From an uncultured Candidatus Saccharibacteria bacterium (GTDB lineage Bacteria; Patescibacteriota; Saccharimonadia; Saccharimonadales; 2-12-FULL-41-12), in assembly GCA_964404795.1 (NCBI GenBank), contig CAYOLI010000002.1, positions 71,766 through 135,765 of the forward strand: a DNA stretch of 64,000 nucleotides, read 5' to 3'. The translations under genes and the position numbers were made by a program. Within the stretch, counting starts at the first letter, position 1; the number at the start of each line of letters is the position of its first letter. Below, piece by piece: positions 18,121-26,528 of the stretch. The notes beneath the pieces were generated by a model that searched no databases, was not told the origin of the DNA, and saw nothing but the letters and a program-made list of their open reading frames with translations.

Positions 18121-18144
18121 TAACTATTCTAGCACTAATGGATA

Positions 18145-19131
18145 TTAATGCTGGACCTCTATGTCCAAAATATTAGACATAGGTACCTTCGCGTAGCTGT
18201 CTTTATTAATCCATGACTTAATGAATAACTCTAATCGTCCACTTAATATATACGGGATCCCCTCACGAGTTCGTTTATATCCAGGTGATAAAACAAAATA
18301 CCCCTCGTCAAACTCCATAACATTCTTGTTGGACGGCGAAGTATATCCGTACTGGGCTCCGCCAATCTCGAAATCTTTTGCGCGTACAACAACGTCTTCT
18401 AGTAGTCCGATACTGTTGAGATAACTTATCCTTTGATGATTAAGGTATTTATCGTCTTTATATTTGCTGAAAATCCTTGTAGCCAGGCAACCTATTTTCT
18501 TTATCGCCTCTGCCCTAGAGTACTTTTCGCTATACGCAATTCCATCAAAAGCGTTGTTTACTATTTTATCGTCTTGTAGATCTACTAAACTATGTGCGTC
18601 TATTGGTTCAACCGGATCTATACTGCTCTCCCAGGCACAAACAAAATCATTATAGGTTTCGACCACATCTTTGCCAAAACCATCCGTATATTGACCTTCT
18701 CCTACTGCCAACTTGTGAACCACTCTATGCTCCCACTCATGACTTCTAGGATTTAGTACTCGAAAAATTTTGTAGCCCTTATATTCACCCTCTATTGTAT
18801 CTTGATGCTCGTCAATCAGATACGGTAACAGTTCGTCCGAAACATCAAACATATCCTCTAGCTTTTCACTCGGGTCGTAAGGCAGTGACGGCAACAACTC
18901 GCCATTTTCCTCATCTATTGCAGGTGTAATCACCCTACCGTGTACAAAAACTCGTCTGTCTATAAGCGGATGGTTCTGATTTATGTGATATACCTCTTTT
19001 TGTAAGCGCTCTTGGCGAGATAAATTACCAGATTGCATATCGTATTCGGCGTAAACATCTAGATCGCCAGCTTCTGCATTGAGTTGTCGAACCAGGTCCA
19101 GTGGGCCCATAGCTTCAACGTACATATCCAT
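18145..19131 (-). CDS. hypothetical protein (328 aa, acidic)
   Basis: The ORF ends 24 nt upstream of the 133-aa gene. It contains an HEWEH (HExxH-like) string of uncertain significance. Confidence 0.5.
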   Translation of the reverse strand: MDMYVEAMGPLDLVRQLNAEAGDLDVYAEYDMQSGNLSRQERLQKEVYHINQNHPLIDRRVFVHGRVITPAIDEENGELLPSLPYDPSEKLEDMFDVSDELLPYLIDEHQDTIEGEYKGYKIFRVLNPRSHEWEHRVVHKLAVGEGQYTDGFGKDVVETYNDFVCAWESSIDPVEPIDAHSLVDLQDDKIVNNAFDGIAYSEKYSRAEAIKKIGCLATRIFSKYKDDKYLNHQRISYLNSIGLLEDVVVRAKDFEIGGAQYGYTSPSNKNVMEFDEGYFVLSPGYKRTREGIPYILSGRLELFIKSWINKDSYAKVPMSNILDIEVQH

Positions 19132-19182
19132 ATGCTACAACTACTTACGCGGACTTGCAATAACAAAATTATGTGGTTTTAT

Positions 19183-19440
19183 CTAACTAAAATATTTCGA
19201 CTCAACCGTTGCTTGATTTATACCGTTAGTAACATCTAAAAAGCCCATACTATCTAGAGTTGATTTTGCTCTGCCAGCACGACCCCCAGCAGCACAATAG
19301 GTTACAATTTGTGCATCTTTTGGCAATTCTTTTATAACATCCGATGTTGCTATTTTCGATACCGGCACATTAATTGCGCTCACTACGTGGCCAGAAGCAT
19401 ACTCATTTGGTTCTCGAACATCTATAAATACTCTATCCAT
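19183..19440 (-). CDS. single-domain rhodanese-like sulfurtransferase
   Basis: IDVREPNEYASGHV is present, along with the active-site loop YCAAGGRAGRA containing the catalytic Cys. Confidence 0.85.
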   Translation of the reverse strand: MDRVFIDVREPNEYASGHVVSAINVPVSKIATSDVIKELPKDAQIVTYCAAGGRAGRAKSTLDSMGFLDVTNGINQATVESKYFS

Positions 19441-19467
19441 ATGTATTATTATACAAAATAAAATTTA

Positions 19468-19638
19468 TTATTTAATCGTCAACATTAGCGAGCCAACAAT
19501 AATTACAGCTACCGACAATGCTTTTTGCCTAAAAACTTTTGCCGACAAATCTTCTGGTTCTAGCCCTCTAAAAAACCGCATTAATAAAATTGCAACAATC
19601 GGCGAGGACGAATTATGATTTTTTCTTATATTATCCAA
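19468..19638 (-). CDS. possible small membrane protein (56 aa, below the ORF-track threshold)
   Basis: I translated this by hand from a TTG start: LDNIRKNHNSSSPIVAILLMRFFRGLEPEDLSAKVFRQKALSVAVIIVGSLMLTIK. It has two hydrophobic segments and lies directly upstream of the rhodanese gene. Confidence 0.25.
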   Translation of the reverse strand: MDNIRKNHNSSSPIVAILLMRFFRGLEPEDLSAKVFRQKALSVAVIIVGSLMLTIK

Positions 19639-19646
19639 ATACTAAT

Positions 19647-20039
19647 TCATCTATTTTTATGCGTTTTTGAGTTTTGCTCAAGCCATTTAGCTATTGCTGG
19701 TACGTCTAATTTCTCAACCGCTACCTTAACAGCGAAATCCTCCAGATCTTTCGGGGTCGCCGTTAGCTGGTAGCCATTCCTCATCAAAAATATACCAGCC
19801 ACAGTTATTGCCGATCGTTTATTGCCATCTACAAAAGGATGATCTCCGATAATATTTCGGACATAAACAGCAGCTTTTTCGTGAATACTTGGATACTGAT
19901 CCTGTCCAAAAACAGACTGCTTTGGAGCATCCACAACAGACATTAACCTACTCTCGTCACGCACACCATGGCTTCCACCAAAATCAGTAACTATCTGGAA
20001 ATGGAGACGAAGAATCTCCTCCAAATCGATATATTTCAT
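19647..20039 (-). CDS. doc: Fic/Doc-family toxin (death-on-curing)
   Basis: The Fic motif HPFVDGNKRSA is present. An ATGA overlap links it to the upstream antitoxin gene. Confidence 0.9.
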   Translation of the reverse strand: MKYIDLEEILRLHFQIVTDFGGSHGVRDESRLMSVVDAPKQSVFGQDQYPSIHEKAAVYVRNIIGDHPFVDGNKRSAITVAGIFLMRNGYQLTATPKDLEDFAVKVAVEKLDVPAIAKWLEQNSKTHKNR

Positions 20040-20257
20040 CTATCTTTTAGATTTTTTAGAGTTTGCCCATACTGATCAACAAATTGATCATATTCTCGCA
20101 TTAAGTCTTTGTGATCTTTTGGTGTCGCAACTGGCTTTATAGTAACTTCCACTTCTTCACCCTTGTCTATACCAGATGCTCGGGCATCTTTCGCAGGGAT
20201 GGTAACAGCTAAGCTATCGCCGACTTTTATGACTTTTTGTACAGATTTAATTACCAT
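20036..20257 (-). CDS. AbrB/SpoVT-type antitoxin (partner of Doc)
   Basis: VIKVGDSLAVTIPAKDARASGIDKGEEVEV is a swapped-hairpin AbrB-type motif. The gene is translationally coupled to doc. Confidence 0.8.
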   Translation of the reverse strand: MVIKSVQKVIKVGDSLAVTIPAKDARASGIDKGEEVEVTIKPVATPKDHKDLMREYDQFVDQYGQTLKNLKDR

Positions 20258-20297
20258 AAATATACACTAGCACAATCATCAAAATATTACAATATTA

Positions 20298-20705
20298 TTA
20301 TAATGTTTTCTGATGCCTATCCAACCATTGTTTTGGGGTTATAATCCGTATGTCTTGGTATTTTTTTAAAACTAGCAAATCCTTATCGCCAGAGATTATG
20401 CATCTTACAGCCCCACCAAGAGCAGTTTCAATTACTTTGTTGTCATCTGGGTCTCTGGACACGTCCACTCTGCACGCACCCAATTCTACATATTTACTGC
20501 GCCCAGCTAGAGCAATAATAAGTGCTTCAAAATCATCTACAAAATCCGGAAACTTACTAAAAAATATTCGGCGAGTCTCACTCAATATTTCCTGCGAAAT
20601 TACCAGTGTATGCCCTTCTCCTACTACTCTCTCGAAGACCTTCCTTGGGTTCCCACCAAACACCAAGGCAGATACCCAAACGGTGCTGTCTATGACTATC
20701 TGCAT
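20298..20705 (-). CDS. PIN-domain toxin (VapC-like)
   Basis: IVIDSTVWVSAL at the N-terminus provides the PIN acidic residue, with ISGDKDLL near the C-terminus. It is coupled to the upstream RHH gene. Confidence 0.8.
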   Translation of the reverse strand: MQIVIDSTVWVSALVFGGNPRKVFERVVGEGHTLVISQEILSETRRIFFSKFPDFVDDFEALIIALAGRSKYVELGACRVDVSRDPDDNKVIETALGGAVRCIISGDKDLLVLKKYQDIRIITPKQWLDRHQKTL

Positions 20706-20935
20706 TATTTTTCGTTGATGATATCGTAAACTTGTTGCTCTGTTTTTATACCAGACTTCTTGCCTCTTTTGTTGGCCCGATCAAAAATTGTTTCTATAGC
20801 TTGTTCGGTTCTTAGCTGGTTAATGATAGATTTTCGCACATAATCGCTACGGCTGGAATACTCCTTTTTTGCTTGTGCATCGAGCTTTTTTACCAGCTCT
20901 TTCGGTAAAGATAGATTGAATGTTTGTGTACTCAT
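20705..20935 (-). CDS. ribbon-helix-helix (CopG-like) antitoxin
   Basis: The RHH beta-strand and helix pattern (FNLSLPKELVKKLDAQAKKEYSSRSDYVRKSI) is present. A 1-nt overlap links it to the PIN gene. Confidence 0.8.
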   Translation of the reverse strand: MSTQTFNLSLPKELVKKLDAQAKKEYSSRSDYVRKSIINQLRTEQAIETIFDRANKRGKKSGIKTEQQVYDIINEK

Positions 20936-20974
20936 ACAAGTATTGTATCATTTTTGTATATTCCAATCAACATT

Positions 20975-22138
20975 TTATCTGTTGCCTTTAGCTCGGTTGT
21001 GTGGCTTGCAGAGCATTTCGCAGTTTTCTATATCCGTTGAGCCGCCCTTGCTCCAGGCGCTCACGTGGTCGGCATCCATATCATTTAGTGCCCAGATTTT
21101 GGTCTTACTTGCATCATGGCCAATGGCGCAGTACGAACAGTTAGACTTGCCTTGAGCTTTTGACTTGTCGGTTTGCTTGGCATACGCAGTCTTTTTGATC
21201 GGATCATCAAACACACGAATATTCAGCAATTTAGTGTCTTTTTCTCCACCCAAAATATATTCAAAAATACCTTTTCTATCTTTGACGTCAAAATCTGTAT
21301 ATAGCTTACGAACCTTAGCAGATACTTCCTCTGGGCTATATGTCTGTTCGTGATACTGCTCGTACAATCTGCCCCACTCTAGCCCACGCATTTCGCTCTC
21401 TACATCTGTAAATACGCTAGAAACCCAGCTAATTACCTTATCAAAATACCTTTTTAGCTCGTCTATATTTTTATCATAGCGATGTTTACTCATATATTTG
21501 TCTATTTGTCCGCTACTCACCCACTCTAGCGCTCGCTCTAAAAAGTCTTGGCGATTTACACTGCCAGATATATATGCACTCCATTTCTGTATATTACTAT
21601 TAGCGCTATTACTAAACTCTTCACGAGCTTTTGTCACAAACGGCCCAGAATACACAGCGTTCAAAATTTCTTGGCTATTTAGGGGCACTCCAGCGATATT
21701 GATAGTTCGAAACCAATCTTTTATTTCGGTTTCTTCGCCTTTGCAAACATACACCAGTAGTTTTGTTTCCATAATCTGCTTTTGCATATCACTGGCCAAG
21801 CCAGAAAAATATTGTTGATTACCATTTGCGTCTTTGGCTGCAAAAAGCCCACGTACAAACCTACCAATACTTGTGATACGTTGTTGGCCGTCTAGCACCT
21901 CAAAATCACCACTGTTGGTAGTATTAAAATACAAAAGCCCAATCGGATAACCTTTTATCAAACTATCTATTACCGCAACATCTTTTTTACCATCTGCATA
22001 AATATAACTTCGCTGATATTCTGGCTGAATAGTCAGTTTGCCGCCAAGCCCAAAAAGCCCTTTGCCCTCTAGCTCGTTATATTCAAAACCGTCAACAATA
22101 TCTGCTACAGTAAAATCTGTTTTGAGTGTTGTTCTCAT
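20975..22138 (-). CDS. DUF262 (ParB-like NTPase, GmrSD N-terminal type) fused to a C-terminal HNH nuclease
   Basis: [10 protein letters not shown] and [10 protein letters not shown] are DUF262 hallmarks. The C-terminal CSYC...[32 protein letters not shown] is an HNH motif. Confidence 0.85.
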   Translation of the reverse strand: MRTTLKTDFTVADIVDGFEYNELEGKGLFGLGGKLTIQPEYQRSYIYADGKKDVAVIDSLIKGYPIGLLYFNTTNSGDFEVLDGQQRITSIGRFVRGLFAAKDANGNQQYFSGLASDMQKQIMETKLLVYVCKGEETEIKDWFRTINIAGVPLNSQEILNAVYSGPFVTKAREEFSNSANSNIQKWSAYISGSVNRQDFLERALEWVSSGQIDKYMSKHRYDKNIDELKRYFDKVISWVSSVFTDVESEMRGLEWGRLYEQYHEQTYSPEEVSAKVRKLYTDFDVKDRKGIFEYILGGEKDTKLLNIRVFDDPIKKTAYAKQTDKSKAQGKSNCSYCAIGHDASKTKIWALNDMDADHVSAWSKGGSTDIENCEMLCKPHNRAKGNR

Positions 22139-22155
22139 GATTCCTCTTCGCTCTA

Positions 22156-22392
22156 TTAAAAGATCTTTATTATTTCTTCTCTAGAAATTTTATACTCTTT
22201 CTCCAAAGAATTACATATTTCTCTCGCCGTACCTTGTGTTATTTTTCGGTGCCTAGGAACTATTAATATCTTATTACTTTCCTGGTGAATATATTTGCCG
22301 TGCTTGCTACCACCAACACTTACAAAACCTTGCCGGACCAGCAGAGCAATCAGTTTCCTCGTTTTGATTGTACGATAATATCCTAGCCCCAC
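22156..22392 (-). CDS. hicA: HicA-family mRNA interferase toxin
   Basis: 78 aa. [22 protein letters not shown]...[16 protein letters not shown] matches the HicA/YcfA pattern. Confidence 0.8.
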   Translation of the reverse strand: MGLGYYRTIKTRKLIALLVRQGFVSVGGSKHGKYIHQESNKILIVPRHRKITQGTAREICNSLEKEYKISREEIIKIF

Positions 22393-22398
22393 TATCTT

Positions 22399-22737
22399 TT
22401 ATTTTGCAAAAACTAAACTTTTGCTTTTTTGGTTTTTCTTGGCGAAATCTATGTCTTCTGGCAACAACGATGGCATACTGGTTTTCATATATTCTGGGAA
22501 ATCCAAATATGTTAGTACTGCATCGTTTACCATCTTGACAATCCCTTCCTCAGTTTTACTCTCAGTAATAATCAGATTATTCAACTTCTCATTGTCTAGC
22601 TTTATAACTTTTGCAGTCCAATATCTATCCTTGTTATCGTATCTAATAACAACATCAATAGAACGAGGCATTTTGTGCTGATATGCCGCTATTTCTACTG
22701 TGCTTGGTTTATTAAGCTTAGAGAGTATTGTTTTCAT
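22399..22737 (-). CDS. hicB: HicB-like antitoxin (N-terminal domain only)
   Basis: The gene ends 6 nt upstream of hicA. YWTAKVIKLDN...TESKTEEGIVKMVNDAVLTYL resembles the HicB partial RNase-H-like fold. No C-terminal DNA-binding domain was recognised. Confidence 0.5.
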   Translation of the reverse strand: MKTILSKLNKPSTVEIAAYQHKMPRSIDVVIRYDNKDRYWTAKVIKLDNEKLNNLIITESKTEEGIVKMVNDAVLTYLDFPEYMKTSMPSLLPEDIDFAKKNQKSKSLVFAK

Positions 22738-22744
22738 GATGTTA

Positions 22745-22753
22745 ATTATACCA
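22745..22753 (-). promoter_or_regulatory. extended -10 promoter element (TGGTATAAT) for hicBA, predicting a leaderless transcript
   Basis: Read on the minus strand, the element is TGG-TATAAT. Only 7 nt separate the -10 from the hicB ATG, and no SD is present. Confidence 0.45.
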
Positions 22754-22885
22754 TAAAATCTCTGTTATCTATCTCAGTATGCCCAGACAAAATGGCGCAT
22801 TCACCTCAATAAAATATGCATAATGACTTTACGCTGGTGTCTTATAAACAAAGAACCTCACGAGGTCTTAAGACAAAGCGAGGAG

Positions 22886-22954
22886 CTACAAATCTATATT
22901 AGCACGCTCAGGTAACTCTGCTACGGTAAAATCTGTTTTAAGTGCCGTTTTCAT
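22886..22954 (-). pseudogene. 22-codon relic of a second DUF262-family gene 5' end
   Basis: It encodes [22 protein letters not shown]. The first 38 nt (22917-22954) match 22101-22138, the start of the intact DUF262-HNH gene, at 33/38 positions. Its ATG overlaps the TGA of the 165-aa gene as ATGA. Confidence 0.7.
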
Positions 22955-23448
22955 GTCTTAATCTCCTCAAGATTATTTTTTTGTCTAAACTCCTTATCTT
23001 GAATAACCACCGTACCACAGAAAACATTGCATCTATCTATAAAGTTATCAAAAAAAATCCTGTCTAATTCACCCTCTTCTTTAACCCTCTCACCGCTACT
23101 AGACATATAATTTATTTTGTACATAAAGTGTACTCGACTATCATTTTGTTTCAACGTAAATCCATGTGTAATCTTATTCCTATCGTTTACAAGATTTTGC
23201 CATTCATTGCCGGTCCAAGTAATAGAACAGTCTTTGTAGATTTTCTTAACTTTCTCGATAATACTCCCTGCTGTTTCACTCAATAGTTGTTCCTGGTCAA
23301 CGGAATGGTCTAACTTTCTCATAAAATGTAATAAAGAATAGTGGGTCATACCAAACAGAACAATTGCAGCACCTATAGTCGCATAGAAATCCCTATCTAG
23401 GTTTAAAATGCCTAGTATATTACTGTCCATAACTTTGTCTATACTCAT
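22951..23448 (-). CDS. hypothetical protein (165 aa) with an Rx4H string (possible HEPN-like)
   Basis: The gene is coupled by an ATGA overlap to the methyltransferase gene. It contains NDRNKITHG, the R-N-x-x-x-H pattern typical of HEPN RNases. The fold is unverified. Confidence 0.5.
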   Translation of the reverse strand: MSIDKVMDSNILGILNLDRDFYATIGAAIVLFGMTHYSLLHFMRKLDHSVDQEQLLSETAGSIIEKVKKIYKDCSITWTGNEWQNLVNDRNKITHGFTLKQNDSRVHFMYKINYMSSSGERVKEEGELDRIFFDNFIDRCNVFCGTVVIQDKEFRQKNNLEEIKT

Positions 23449-24506
23449 TTTTCTACCTTTCTGTACTTGATTAATACCCTAGCGTAGATTTCTTTATTGT
23501 TAATAGTAAATCTTTTACCATAATTCGGATTATCTTTAACATAGCGATCAATACCAATAATCTCGAATTGTTCGGGATTATATTTATCTAAGAAGGTTAT
23601 CGGCACGCCCATCGCACCCTCATAATCCATAGGGATATCAGCAGTTTTATCAACATTTATAGCATCGTAGTTGTCATACCTTGGATAACTCTCTGGCGTA
23701 TATTTTTTATATAGCACCAAGTCCTCATGCCTTTCCTGGTAATCTAAATTGGTGAACCAACGAACGCCTTTTACTCTAATATATTTTTTTCCTTCCTCAT
23801 CTATCCTATAACCAGCAGCTGTTAACGGATAATCATCTGGCACCTGGAATTCCCTATCACCACTATGAATACTCGCTCCCATCCACAATTTATTGTCTTT
23901 AATTAACTTGAAACATTCTTTATAAGTAATTGCATTAACATTACCTATTATCAAAAACTTTTTGTTGTTGCGCACTATTTGGTCAATATATTCTCTAAAC
24001 AAACTAAATGGCGGATTGGTTACTACTATATCGGCTTGCTTCAGTAGCTCCACACATTCGGGGCTTCTAAAATCACCATCGCCACTCAATGGTTGCCACT
24101 CGTTATGCTTGTTTTCGCGCAGTTGCTGGGCTACATCTTTAAGGTCGTATGCGCCATCACCATCTATATCACCAACATCTTTTATAATAAACTTATTGGC
24201 TGTTACTTTTGGTCGCCCTTTTTGTGGGGCTAAAGTTTTATCATCACCAAAAAGTCCTAGCTGAGTGTTAGCAATTGGCGATGGTTTATAGCTAGTAGTA
24301 ATTAACCCTTTTAGCCCCAGATGCTTAAAATTCAGCACAAAATAGCGAAAAAAGTTACTTTCATACGGATCGTCGCAGTTGCAATACACCACTTTACCCC
24401 TAAATTGTTCTTTATAGTGCTTTAGCTCGTTTTCTATATCTACAAGCTGAGTATAGAACTCGTCTTTTTTAGCTTGTTTTGCTTTGTGTAGAGTACGCTG
24501 TGCCAT
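23445..24506 (-). CDS. N6-adenine DNA methyltransferase, M.EcoRI family
   Basis: KDEFYTQ, VVYCNCDDP, GDGDFRS, the catalytic motif VVTNPPFSLFREY (NPPF) and YDNYDAINV...MGVPITFLDKYNPEQFEI are present. From memory, these are collinear with M.EcoRI. Confidence 0.85.
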   Translation of the reverse strand: MAQRTLHKAKQAKKDEFYTQLVDIENELKHYKEQFRGKVVYCNCDDPYESNFFRYFVLNFKHLGLKGLITTSYKPSPIANTQLGLFGDDKTLAPQKGRPKVTANKFIIKDVGDIDGDGAYDLKDVAQQLRENKHNEWQPLSGDGDFRSPECVELLKQADIVVTNPPFSLFREYIDQIVRNNKKFLIIGNVNAITYKECFKLIKDNKLWMGASIHSGDREFQVPDDYPLTAAGYRIDEEGKKYIRVKGVRWFTNLDYQERHEDLVLYKKYTPESYPRYDNYDAINVDKTADIPMDYEGAMGVPITFLDKYNPEQFEIIGIDRYVKDNPNYGKRFTINNKEIYARVLIKYRKVEK

Positions 24507-24508
24507 AA

Positions 24509-25792
24509 TTAAATTTGGCTTATTTTGACTCGTTTTTGATTGGTAGTATTGCGGTCGCGGACTGTTACAGTATCGTCCTCTAGCGTATCGAAATCTACGA
24601 CTACGCAGTATGGAGTGCCAATCTCGTCTTGGCGACGATAGCGTTTACCGATATTACCATTGTCGTCCCACATTACACTATGATGTTTTTGTTTTAAAAT
24701 ATCGTAAACTTCCCTAGCTTTAGCTACCAACTTTGGCTTGTTTTTGAGTAGTGGTGAAACAGCGTACTTAACTGGTGCAATATGTTCTGGTAATGCCAGA
24801 TACACCCTACTCTCGCCATTTTGTTCATCCTCTTTATACGCACTAAGAAGTACAGCCATAACAAGTCGTTCTACCCCAAAGCTGGGCTCTATTACGTGTG
24901 GGATAAAGGTTTCTTGGCGGTCTTTACTGCGATACTCCATACTTTTCCTACTAGCATTTTGAACGTTAGACAAATCGAAATCAGTTCGATACGCCAAACC
25001 TAGCAACTCATCACGCTTATGAGGATAATCGAACTCAAAATCTATGGTTCTTTTGCTATAGTGAGCTCTATCCTCTTCTGGCACCTCTAACTCATGTACT
25101 TTTGACTCGCTAACACCGATTAATGATAAAAATTTGTGAATATCTGAAACCCACTTGTCGAACTCTTGCTGCCAACTGTCTGGATGGACAAAATATTCTA
25201 TTTCCATTTGCTCGAACTCACGCGAACGAAAAACAAAATCGCGAGGACTGATTTCGTTACGAAAGGCCTTGCCCACCTGAGCAATACCAAAAGGAACATC
25301 TGGGTAAAAACTATCGATAATATTTTTGTAATTGGTAAATATACCCTGGGCCGTTTCTGGACGAAGATAGCTGATGGATTTTTCATCTTCGAGGGGGCCA
25401 ACTTGGGTTTTAAACATCATATTAAATGCCCTCGGCTTGCCAAAAGTATCGGTTTTACCACAATTTGGACATTTATTGCCCTCTAAATGATCGGCCCGAA
25501 AACGGTTTTTGCAATTGTTGCATTCTACCAACGGATCGGTAAAAGTATCGGTATGGCCACTTGCCTGCCAAACTTTTGGGTTCATTAAAATCGCGGCATC
25601 AACACCGTACATATTGTCTCTTTTTTCGACAAAAAATTCCCACCAAAGATTTATGATGTTACGTTTTAATGCGACTCCCAGTGGACCGTAATCCCAGGTA
25701 CCGCTTAGTCCACCATACACTTCGCTACCTTGATAAATAAAACCACGACGCTTGCACAAGCTAACGATTTCTTCCATTTTGACTGTACTCAT
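24509..25792 (-). CDS. glyQS: glycine--tRNA ligase (alpha2 dimeric type)
   Basis: RRGFIYQGSEVYGGLSGTWDYGPLG is present, together with class II motifs (FRNEISPR, GVERL). Confidence 0.95.
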   Translation of the reverse strand: MSTVKMEEIVSLCKRRGFIYQGSEVYGGLSGTWDYGPLGVALKRNIINLWWEFFVEKRDNMYGVDAAILMNPKVWQASGHTDTFTDPLVECNNCKNRFRADHLEGNKCPNCGKTDTFGKPRAFNMMFKTQVGPLEDEKSISYLRPETAQGIFTNYKNIIDSFYPDVPFGIAQVGKAFRNEISPRDFVFRSREFEQMEIEYFVHPDSWQQEFDKWVSDIHKFLSLIGVSESKVHELEVPEEDRAHYSKRTIDFEFDYPHKRDELLGLAYRTDFDLSNVQNASRKSMEYRSKDRQETFIPHVIEPSFGVERLVMAVLLSAYKEDEQNGESRVYLALPEHIAPVKYAVSPLLKNKPKLVAKAREVYDILKQKHHSVMWDDNGNIGKRYRRQDEIGTPYCVVVDFDTLEDDTVTVRDRNTTNQKRVKISQI

Positions 25793-25834
25793 ATCTGTTT
25801 AGATTATACCTTAACAACCAATCCCATCATACAA

Positions 25835-26528
25835 TTAAAGACCAAAATGATAGTTCATCAGTTGCGAAAACAGGTTGTAAAGTGCAGGAGCGTATTCGCC
25901 ACTGCCTTTAATATTGGTTAGTTTTTCTGGACTCTTTTGCTGCACCATAATCCGCATAAACTTGATATGGTTTTGAGTAAACCTGCCGTTGCTACTCGGT
26001 CTAAAACACTGGTTGTCAAAATCGAATAGGTAACTATCGGATTTTTTAAGTTCTTCACCATTAGTATTGGTTTTAGTGTTTGGACTACACCCGACTTCGT
26101 TCAATACGTTAGCGTTAAACCATATTTCTGCCAATTCTTTGGGAAAAGATTGGTTATTTAATAAACCGAGTGATGATTGCAAAACTTTAAACAACTCGGA
26201 CCCGGTACCAACTTCGGTGATTTTGCTAACAACTTTTAAAAAGTTATAAGCAATAGTTAGCCGCGCATAATCACTTGTGATGTTTTGGTAGTGTTCATTT
26301 AGTCGGCTCGAGGTCAGAATGTATAAATCTCCCCGCCCCTTAGCCATCGTAATTGTGCTATCACTTAGTAGTTCTACTCCACCCGCTAACTTGCTTTTAG
26401 GAGTTCGTACACTTTTAGCTAACACGCTAACTCGACCTTGATGTTTGCCAAGAACTGTAATGATTCTATCTTTTTCGCCATAGTTTATACGCGATAAAAT
26501 AATAGCTCTATCAACGATTCGATCCAAC
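25835..26528 (-). CDS. recO: DNA repair protein RecO
   Basis: AIILSRINYGEKDRIITVLGKHQGRVSVLAKSVR...AGGVELLS forms the RecO OB-fold N-terminus. The longest ORF extends to 26596; I prefer the TTG at 26528, which overlaps the upstream gene by 18 nt. Confidence 0.8.
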
